This document shows positions 1 to 6,124 of a DNA stretch of 10,224 nucleotides, piece by piece. The stretch is from Candidatus Jordarchaeia archaeon. GTDB lineage: Archaea > Asgardarchaeota > Jordiarchaeia > Jordiarchaeales > Jordiarchaeaceae. Where the stretch lies: the NCBI GenBank assembly GCA_029856435.1, contig JAHQXB010000127.1:1-10224 (forward strand), given 5' to 3'. Under the pieces are notes generated by a model. It did no database searches and was not told where the DNA came from. It worked only from the letters and a program-made list of their open reading frames with translations. Numbering within the stretch: the stretch's first letter is position 1; each line of letters opens with the position of its first letter. The position numbers and the translations under genes are program-made.

Positions 1-22
1 AGAAAACCCATTAAATCTACTA

Positions 23-29
23 TTTAAAA
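23..29 (+). promoter_or_regulatory. TATA-like box (TTTAAAA) upstream of putative RNA copy 1
   Basis: Conserved in copy 2 (3634-3640). A start site about 27 nt downstream would fall near 53, right at the 5' strand of the closing helix (54). The start-site position is inferred. Confidence 0.45.
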
Positions 30-53
30 GCAGCCATACACATGTGTCGTGTA

Positions 54-414
54 GCCGATTCCGGCCAAAGCCCGGAATGCGGGAAGTTTGAAAAGGTCAA
101 AAGGGGGGCAGGGCCGCAATTGGGTGCATCCTCCCTCTGGAGGCAGGAGAGGTGTGCCTTCTTCAATTGTTCCCCGGGGCGAACCGGTCTCCCCATGAGA
201 CCCTATGCGTTACCCATAGGTGTTATGAGTAAATTTTTTCCTCTGATTTTATGCAAGATCCGCATATTTTCCCATTGCCACGATAAAAAAATATCACATG
301 TATAATAAAAAAGAGGGAAAAATTGCCCACAGCAATTGCGGGTAACGCATGGCCATGAAACCCGGGAAAGGAAGACCCAAAGCTACGCAAGGTTAGCGCT
401 GGGTCAGAATAGGC
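54..414 (+). ncRNA. Putative structured ncRNA, copy 1 (long form; cobalamin-riboswitch-like motif order, unconfirmed)
   Basis: Closing helix GCCGATTC(54-61)/GAATAGGC(407-414), 7 of 8 paired. Hairpins TTTGA(87-91)/TCAAA(97-101), AGGCA/TGCCT, GACCCA(374-379)/TGGGTC(400-405) and GCTA(382-385)/TAGC(394-397). Pairings are retained in copy 2 despite sequence changes. Confidence 0.55.
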
Positions 415-425
415 AATTCTCACCG

Positions 426-431
426 TTTTTT
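426..431 (+). terminator. Possible oligo-T terminator of RNA copy 1
   Basis: T6 run 12 nt after the closing helix, with no plus-strand gene following. Archaeal termination at oligo-T tracts is established; use of this site is inferred. Confidence 0.35.
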
Positions 432-913
432 AGCATATTTGTGTATAGGATATAGACTTTCCAACTAAATTTTTTCCTTTTCGCTTCCAGAAAATATGGT
501 TTTTTCCGCCTTTTTTTGGTGAAAGAAGCCTTAAATAACCCCGGTCAAGGATAGGTTTAGGAAAAAATTAATGAGAAACTCTATAGCAGAGATGGGAGGT
601 AGGAAGGTAGCTAGATTAGCCCAAAAATGGGTGTAACTCAACTCTTCTAAGAAGGGGGAGAGAAGTTCTCAGGGAAAAAAGGTTTCAGACTAGGCACTGC
701 TCAAACTGTAGCGGATATCTGTTTAAGGGTATTGTGTTTTTTTGGTTATGTGGGGTGTTCCAACCCGACTTCTATTCTATGGCAAGTTTTGATTTTTGAA
801 GTCTCTTCTATTCAGTCTTCGGGGAGAAGCATATCTCTTGGTGGGGAGCGTAGTTGTAGGGCTCTTGGGGTTTATGATGGGGGAATAGTTACGTGGCTTT
901 GAGGTTTTTCTAA

Positions 914-1573
914 TTATTTTATTGTGATTCCGTTTTTCAGGTATTCGTTTATGGCCATGGTGGTGTTTTCTCGGACACGGTAGTCTTTGTCTTCTAAAAG
1001 TTTGACCAGTATTTTTACTGCTTGGGGGTTTACTATTCCCCTTTCTGCGTATTTTGCTAGGGCGTAGGCTGCGTTGGCTCGGGCGAGTTGGTCTTTGGAC
1101 TCTAGGAGTTTGGTTAGGGGTTTGAGGGCTGATTCGTCCACCAGTCCTTTTTCGGCATATTTGGCTAGGGTGTATGCGGCTTCTCCGCTGGCTAGATAGT
1201 CGGATTCCTCAAGCATTTTTATCAGGAATTGTAGGGCTCTCTTGTCCATAAAGTTTTGATAGGAGTACATTAGGAGGGCGAAGGTGGCGTTTTGGCGGAC
1301 GCTGACATTTTTATCCTGCATTAACGTCACAAGCTTGTCTAGAGCTGATTCTTTTACTAGTCCTTGCTCCGCGTATCTTCCAAGAGCGTAAGCCGCGGTT
1401 CTCCTAACCCTGTGGTGTTTATCCTCCAAGAGTTTTATTAGTGGTTCTAATGCGTACTCATCGACTATTTCGCCTTCAGCATATCTTCCCAGAGTTTCGG
1501 CCGCCCTTTCGCGTATCTTCCTATCTTTGCTGGATAATTTTTCCACTACGTGGCGTAGCCCATTGCTAGCCAT
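914..1573 (-). CDS. HEAT/ARM-like repeat protein, six tandem 36-aa units (219 aa)
   Basis: Repeat unit L..L.KLL.dkd..vR..Aa.aL..Yae.g.v...A, e.g. LEPLIKLLEDKHHRVRRTAAYALGRYAEQGLVKESA. ATG start; no other domain. Confidence 0.92.
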   Translation of the reverse strand: MASNGLRHVVEKLSSKDRKIRERAAETLGRYAEGEIVDEYALEPLIKLLEDKHHRVRRTAAYALGRYAEQGLVKESALDKLVTLMQDKNVSVRQNATFALLMYSYQNFMDKRALQFLIKMLEESDYLASGEAAYTLAKYAEKGLVDESALKPLTKLLESKDQLARANAAYALAKYAERGIVNPQAVKILVKLLEDKDYRVRENTTMAINEYLKNGITIK

Positions 1574-1632
1574 ATTTTTTCCCCGTGGTCTAAAAAATAG
1601 ACATGTTCTAACATATAGTGATTCTGGGCGTG

Positions 1633-1647
1633 AATATTAACCTTTCG
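1633..1647 (-). promoter_or_regulatory. BRE-TATA promoter of the HEAT gene
   Basis: Minus strand reads CGAAAGGTTAATATT, about 60 nt upstream of the ATG. Fits the archaeal BRE+TATA pattern. Confidence 0.55.
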
Positions 1648-1686
1648 AATTTATTTTAGGGCGTGGTTTTTTGTGAGAATAGTTTA

Positions 1687-3279
1687 CTATTCTATTGTTT
1701 TTGTTCTTATGGGCTTTTCTGGCATTTTCCACTGCCACACAATGGTTCCGTTCTCGTTTTTGTAGGTGAGAAGGTTTTCTTTAACCATTTGGGCAATCTC
1801 TCTGTCTATGTATTGTTTGGTGAAATTGTTTTTGATTCCCCGGTAACTGTATAGGTTGTCTGCGAGCTTTTTCACAGGATCCTGTGCTTCGTCTTTAAAT
1901 TTGCCGTGTGTTTCTATTAAATCGTTTTTGAGCAGGTGCCAGGCTAGGGATCTTCTTCTTCTGATTGCTACGTCTTTTAGGTCGGCTTCGCTGGCTGTTC
2001 CAGCCTCTTCGGCTTTCACTTGGTTTTTTACGTATTTGGTTACTCCCTTGTAGAAGTCCCTCACAATTTTGTTCATGTATTCTGCTGAGACTCCTTCTGT
2101 TTCAGTTACTGCGCGGTTGGCGTCGTACCTTAACCAGTTGTCTGTAAGGATTTTTACTCCCAGTTCGTCTGCTCTTTCTCTGACCTCTGTTCCGGGAAAG
2201 GGAGCCAAAACGTGGTAACCGTAATAGGTTCCCAGACTCTCGGCGAACTCCATTGTTTCCTTTATGGTTTCTTTTGTTTCTCCGGGCAATCCTATTATGA
2301 AGGAGGAGAGGACTCCTATACCAACCTCTTTGGCGATTTGGGTGGCTTTTCGTACTTGCTCCAGTGTTATTCCCTTTTTGCACGTTTTCAAAATTTGGGG
2401 GTTTCCACTCTCCACGCCGAACTGGATGAATATGCATCCCGCTTCGTACATTTTTTCAAGCATATCTTTGGTTACTGTGTTTACGCGGGCGTTGGCACTC
2501 CACTTAAATTTTAGCCCTCGACTAATAATTTCGTCACATATGCTGAAGACGTGTTTTTTGTTTATGGTGAAGGTGTCGTCCTCCACAATTATTTCATCAA
2601 AACCATAATCAAGAATTTCCTCCATCTCATCCACGCAGAGTTTGGGGTTGCGGAACCTCATTTTTCTACTGGTCATCTTGGGCCCCACGCAAAAAATGCA
2701 CCTGTTGGGACAACCCCTACCGGTCACCATACTGCAACCGGTTTTGTAGGCAATGTATTTGGATAAGGGTATCAAGTGTCTGGCGGGGAATGGTAGCTCA
2801 TCCAGATTCATTAGTAATTCGCGGTCTGGGTTTCGGATGATTTCTCCATCCTCTCTATAAGTTATACCCTTAACGTCTTTTAGGTCTCTGCCCTTAACGA
2901 TGTCCAGTAGTGTGTACTCACCCTCTCTTCTCACTACTATGTCAATCCAGGGTGCTTCGCTTAGAACTTCCTTGTCCGCAAATGTGGCATGTGGACCTCC
3001 GATGATTGTGGTTGCCCCTTCACTCTTTGCTATTTGAAGTATGCGTTTAGCATGTGGATAATTCATAGTAACGGAGCCAGCTCCCACAATGTCCGGCTTG
3101 TACTGCCTAATTTTTTCAATAATCTTTTCTCTGGAAAATTTGTAGACCACCATATCCAGTATATCAACCTCAAAACCCCTGTCTTCAAGAACCGCCGCCA
3201 AGTAAGTCAACCCCAGGGGAATTGTGGGACACTCAGTGAATGGATATGGAGTATTTATCAGAAGTGTTCTGGTTGACAT
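1687..3279 (-). CDS. Cobalamin-binding-domain radical SAM protein, paralogue 1 (class B methyltransferase-like; 530 aa, or 535 aa if the ATG at 3294 is used)
   Basis: N-terminal B12-binding domain (PLGLTYLAAVLE...PDIVG...IIGGPHATF), CxxxCxxC motif (RGCPNRCIFC), and core motifs GVESG and FIIGLPGET. Start 3279 preferred: it aligns with paralogue 2 (MRTLLINAPY) and lies about 27 nt from a TATA-like box. Confidence 0.93.
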   Translation of the reverse strand: MSTRTLLINTPYPFTECPTIPLGLTYLAAVLEDRGFEVDILDMVVYKFSREKIIEKIRQYKPDIVGAGSVTMNYPHAKRILQIAKSEGATTIIGGPHATFADKEVLSEAPWIDIVVRREGEYTLLDIVKGRDLKDVKGITYREDGEIIRNPDRELLMNLDELPFPARHLIPLSKYIAYKTGCSMVTGRGCPNRCIFCVGPKMTSRKMRFRNPKLCVDEMEEILDYGFDEIIVEDDTFTINKKHVFSICDEIISRGLKFKWSANARVNTVTKDMLEKMYEAGCIFIQFGVESGNPQILKTCKKGITLEQVRKATQIAKEVGIGVLSSFIIGLPGETKETIKETMEFAESLGTYYGYHVLAPFPGTEVRERADELGVKILTDNWLRYDANRAVTETEGVSAEYMNKIVRDFYKGVTKYVKNQVKAEEAGTASEADLKDVAIRRRRSLAWHLLKNDLIETHGKFKDEAQDPVKKLADNLYSYRGIKNNFTKQYIDREIAQMVKENLLTYKNENGTIVWQWKMPEKPIRTKTIE

Positions 3280-3301
3280 GAGTGGTACAACCATAAATAC
3301 T

Positions 3302-3315
3302 AGTACTTAAGTTTT
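3302..3315 (-). promoter_or_regulatory. Promoter motif of radical SAM 1 (AAAACTTAAGTACT)
   Basis: 13/14 identical to the motif upstream of radical SAM 2 (9466-9479). Spacing implies a leaderless transcript starting near the ATG at 3279. Confidence 0.55.
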
Positions 3316-3452
3316 GCCCAAAATAGCCCTGAATGGAAAAACAACAGTCCCTTGGATAGTTGTAGTTTTGGGGTGTTAAAACTGCTAATTAGAATAAAGC
3401 TTGTTAACTTCCAACAGTTAACGTTAAAGAAAAACCATTAAATCTACTATTC

Positions 3453-3639
3453 TTTAAACCGATATTTTGCAGATTCTGCTAAGCTATTTTGGCGATTTGC
3501 TTTTTTCAAAATGGTTTGGAGATGCTTCGGCGTTTATACCGATTCGGCATCCACATTCTCCCAAAAGCGGGAAGTGTCTTGATGAGAAGCTCCACAACCC
3601 CACCAAAGGATTCCCAAATCCCCGAAAAATGGGTTTAAA
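3453..3639. mobile_element. Possible MITE-like insertion bounded by TTTAAA direct repeats
   Basis: Absent from copy 1. Flanked by TTTAAA at 3453-3458 and 3634-3639. Imperfect inverted ends TTTAAACCGATATTTT...AAAAATGGGTTTAAA. No coding capacity. A deletion in copy 1 is an equally possible explanation. Confidence 0.3.
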
Positions 3640-3640
3640 A
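3634..3640 (+). promoter_or_regulatory. TATA-like box (TTTAAAA) upstream of putative RNA copy 2
   Basis: Homologous to 23-29. Predicted start near 3664, just before the closing helix at 3669. Confidence 0.45.
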
Positions 3641-3668
3641 ACAACCATACATACACATGTGTCGAGCA

Positions 3669-3858
3669 GCCGATTCCAGCCAAAGCCCGGAATGCGGGAA
3701 GTTTGAAAAGGTTCAAAGGGGCAGGGCCGCAATTGGGAACATCCCCCCACCGAAGGCAGGAGAGATGTGCCTGCCTCAATAGTTCCCGGGAAAAAGCCTC
3801 CCCATAAAACTTAAGGGGGGATCCAAAGTTACCTAGGTTAACGCTGGGTCGGAACGGT
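3669..3858 (+). ncRNA. Putative structured ncRNA or leader RNA, copy 2 (short form)
   Basis: Closing helix GCCGATTCC(3669-3677)/GGAACGGT(3851-3858), 8 bp with one bulge. TTTGAA(3702-3707)/TTCAAA(3712-3717). GATCCA/TGGGTC with inner GTTA(3828-3831)/TAAC(3839-3842), a compensatory change from GCTA/TAGC in copy 1. Confidence 0.55.
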
Positions 3859-3867
3859 TCCTTTAAC

Positions 3868-3883
3868 CCAATTAATTTATAAG
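3868..3883 (+). promoter_or_regulatory. Promoter with TATA box (CCAATTAATTTATAAG) for gene A and the CrtC-like gene
   Basis: Contains TTTATAAG. Identical 16-mer at 6070-6085. Both lie 35-50 nt upstream of a start codon. Confidence 0.7.
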
Positions 3884-3932
3884 TGAGGAGACAAATAATT
3901 AAAAAATTAAATTATATTTGGAGGGTTTTCTA

Positions 3933-5105
3933 TTGCTGGGTGATCTTAACATTGATAGAGTTAATCAGCTAATAAGTAGAGTTAGTGATGTGTCCACCAG
4001 ACTTCTCTCGGAAAGGACACTTGTAGAGTCACAGTTGTTTAACGTTACTGCCTATAACTGTCTAGCCTGTTTCCAGCTCTACAATGGTTACCAGTATAGT
4101 ATTATGAGGGAGTTAGCCAAGCACATTGACCCCGCCGAAATAGGTAGGAGAAGCAAGACGCTTGCAATGGTGCCCAACACTCTGGGTATGTGGGCTTTTA
4201 TAGGACTATACATGATAGGAAGGATGCAGACATTATGGGAGCTGGGAGGACCGGAAAACGAGCCTGAGGAGAGAAAGAAGGAGGTCAACTTCATGCTTGA
4301 TTTCTGGCAAAGGATGGCCAGCGCATACTTTGATGGACACCTGTTTGCAGATGATAACCAGTTCAGAATAAACGTGCTTCCGGGCTCCACACTCAAATTT
4401 GTTAAAGAGAATCTTATGGAGCTGGACAGGGAAAGGGTTTCCAAGTTGAAGAGAGTTATGGCTCAACTGCAGTTAACCGCTTTCCTCTACTATTGCGAGT
4501 GTAGGGCTTCAATCCACGAAATGGGTCCTTACAGGATAGGCGAGGATGAAATATTGATATTCAGGGAGTTTTCACCGCTTTGGGATGGAACTAACCTCAA
4601 ATTTGAATGGGGCGACTTGGATGCTAAATCTCCGTTGCCCAATGTTTGTTTTGCTCTAACTCTTAAGGGCATTGAATCTGCAGAGTTTACGGATTATGGA
4701 ACGATGTTCATTAAACCCCAAGATTACACCAACAACATTCGTAAGGTGGCAATTTTTACCCGTAGGGGCGAAAAAGTAGAGCCTGTGGGGTTGGACATAC
4801 TTGATCCACTGAACCAGTTTGCAACAGATGCGCAAAGCGAGCTTTACCTAAAATTTGCGGAGTGGCCAGAAGAAATGAAAATTCTCTCAGGGGCCCAAGT
4901 TTTTACAACCTACCTCTTCGTGTTCACAGACTTGGCGGGAATAACAAACAAGTTCAAATTTGGCATAAGTGAAGAAACAAGGGAAAAATGGCTTCCCAAA
5001 GTTATGAATGAGTGGAAAATTATGCATCCCTCATGGGCAAGAATCTTCAGACCCAAGGAGGAGTGGGCAAAGGATCCCACATTCTACTGGATGGTGGAAA
5101 AATGA
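3933..5105 (+). CDS. Uncharacterised ~390-aa protein A, paralogue of 6575-7729 (alternative TTG start at 3918)
   Basis: Long ORF colinear with protein B: ESQLFxVTAY, YMxGRM, LDFWxRxASxYF, GPYxIG, FTRxGEKVEPxxLDIL, ELYxxFxEW. The TTG at 3933 follows GGAGGG (3920-3925) at SD spacing. No family recognised with confidence. Confidence 0.88.
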   Translation: MLGDLNIDRVNQLISRVSDVSTRLLSERTLVESQLFNVTAYNCLACFQLYNGYQYSIMRELAKHIDPAEIGRRSKTLAMVPNTLGMWAFIGLYMIGRMQTLWELGGPENEPEERKKEVNFMLDFWQRMASAYFDGHLFADDNQFRINVLPGSTLKFVKENLMELDRERVSKLKRVMAQLQLTAFLYYCECRASIHEMGPYRIGEDEILIFREFSPLWDGTNLKFEWGDLDAKSPLPNVCFALTLKGIESAEFTDYGTMFIKPQDYTNNIRKVAIFTRRGEKVEPVGLDILDPLNQFATDAQSELYLKFAEWPEEMKILSGAQVFTTYLFVFTDLAGITNKFKFGISEETREKWLPKVMNEWKIMHPSWARIFRPKEEWAKDPTFYWMVEK

Positions 5106-6004
5106 GTTTAGGGAGAACCATTGAAGACTGGGAAGAGTATCCCCATGATTATCCCCCAAGAAGTGATTGGAAAGAGTCCTGGTACTTTACATATATGGAT
5201 CCTAAAAGCCGGGTCTGCGGGGTTTTCTACATATCCACCTATCCCAACAATGGACGAACAGACTTCCTTGCAACATATGTAGTTGATGGAAAGGTTGACG
5301 GTTATATGAACTCCACAGGGGTGAGCGGCAAACTGAAAAGTATAAGCGATGGAAAGTTGACCTTCGACTTGGTTAAGCCACAAAAAAGATGGAACGTTTT
5401 CCTAGAAACAGAAAAGGTGAACATGGACTTCACGTTTCTCGGTAGATTCCCCGTATTTAGGTTCGACTCCCAAAAATCCTACGTAAAGGATGTCCTTGAG
5501 CAAGAGCATTATGAGCAAAGCTGCAAAGTAAAGGGAGTAATAAGATTTCCTGATGGAGCCACCATAAAGGTTGACAGCTACGGCCACCGTGACCATTCTT
5601 GGGGCTTGAGAGACTACTCGAAAATTACAAAGTGGGACTGGATGCAAGCCCAATTCGATGACTACGCCATAAACATAATAAGATTAACCATCGGCAAAAA
5701 AACTGAAATCAGCGGCTTCGTATCAAACAGTAAAGGCAACATTGAGGTAGTGGACGCCAAAATTGAAACCAAATACGAGAAAGATGGAAAAACACCTAGC
5801 TCGTCCACCTACACCGCCAAAGATGAGAAGGGAGTGTCGAGAACAATTATTTCAAAAAAAGTGTATGGAATAGTTTATCCGCCACGCCAATATAAAGAGG
5901 GAGTTTGCACAGATATTTATGAAAACTTTTCAGAATTCCTAGTATGGGGAGAACAGGAAAAAGGCTACGGCATCTCAGAATACCTAATAACCACCAAGGT
6001 TTAA
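5102..6004 (+). CDS. CrtC/AttH/tocopherol-cyclase-like beta-barrel protein (300 aa), putative hydratase, cyclase or lipid-binding protein
   Basis: The ATG overlaps the stop of gene A (ATGA, 5102-5105). N-terminal H...ESWYF (5174-5188) and C-half RDHSWG (5588-5605) motifs, a beta-strand-rich pattern and many aromatics. The CDS is secure; the family call rests on motif recall. Confidence 0.75.
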   Translation: MSLGRTIEDWEEYPHDYPPRSDWKESWYFTYMDPKSRVCGVFYISTYPNNGRTDFLATYVVDGKVDGYMNSTGVSGKLKSISDGKLTFDLVKPQKRWNVFLETEKVNMDFTFLGRFPVFRFDSQKSYVKDVLEQEHYEQSCKVKGVIRFPDGATIKVDSYGHRDHSWGLRDYSKITKWDWMQAQFDDYAINIIRLTIGKKTEISGFVSNSKGNIEVVDAKIETKYEKDGKTPSSSTYTAKDEKGVSRTIISKKVYGIVYPPRQYKEGVCTDIYENFSEFLVWGEQEKGYGISEYLITTKV

Positions 6005-6069
6005 AAGCGAAAAAACCCACGAAATCTGTCCAACTGCAACAAAAAATTCAGTTAAAGCTATAAATTCTT

Positions 6070-6085
6070 CCAATTAATTTATAAG
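6070..6085 (+). promoter_or_regulatory. Promoter with TATA box (CCAATTAATTTATAAG) for the swivel-domain gene and gene B
   Basis: Identical to 3868-3883; 40 nt upstream of the ATG at 6125. Confidence 0.7.
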
Positions 6086-6124
6086 AATATATTTCTCTTT
6101 AAGGTAGTATTACGAGGGATAATT

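Larger units (their letters stand above)
1..414 (+). repeat. Copy 1 of a dispersed, diverged non-coding repeat (copy 2 at 3428-3858)
   Basis: 1-23 matches 3428-3450 at 22/23. 64-97 is identical to 3679-3712 (34 nt, GCCAAAGCCCGGAATGCGGGAAGTTTGAAAAGGT). 105-124 is identical to 3718-3737 (20 nt). The 3' hairpin 374-405 matches 3820-3850. Homology may extend left of the window. Confidence 0.92.
3428..3858 (+). repeat. Copy 2 of the dispersed non-coding repeat
   Basis: Same blocks as 1-414. Carries an extra ~181 bp before the TATA box and lacks the ~160-nt internal extension of copy 1. Confidence 0.92.

Noticed and set aside
54-414. RNase P RNA, SRP RNA, tRNA or group II intron identity for the structured repeat
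   Set aside because: No GAGGAAAGTCC or ACAGAA..CGGCTTA (RNase P), no proper SRP helix-8 AGG..GGAA..AGCA, no cloverleaf, and no GTGCG start or domain V (intron).
42-423. ORFs 42-305 (+) and 223-423 (-)
   Set aside because: They lie in the duplicated structured region, the reading frame is not conserved in copy 2, and there is no recognisable protein pattern.
551-614. Fragments resembling the 30-bp repeat (ATAGGTTTAGGAAAA, AGGTAGCTAG)
   Set aside because: The longest exact match is 10 nt, which is within chance expectation for this window.
620-799. Start-less plus-strand frame containing HCSNC (possible zinc-ribbon or transposase relic)
   Set aside because: 59 codons, no upstream start, a single CxxC and no other TnpB or transposase motif.
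1663-3276. Short ORFs overlapping radical SAM 1 on either strand (also 4088-4466, 5108-5653, 6205-6612, 7671-7871, 7854-9181)
   Set aside because: Shadow or alternate-frame ORFs inside well-supported genes, with no independent signals.
3467-3779. ORFs 3467-3706 (+), 3484-3750 (-) and 3534-3779 (-)
   Set aside because: Overlapping short frames in repeat copy 2 and the insert; indels relative to copy 1 break them.
5012-5101. 30-aa N-terminal extension of the CrtC-like ORF given in the ORF track
   Set aside because: It would overlap gene A by 94 nt; the ATG at 5102 gives a standard ATGA coupling.
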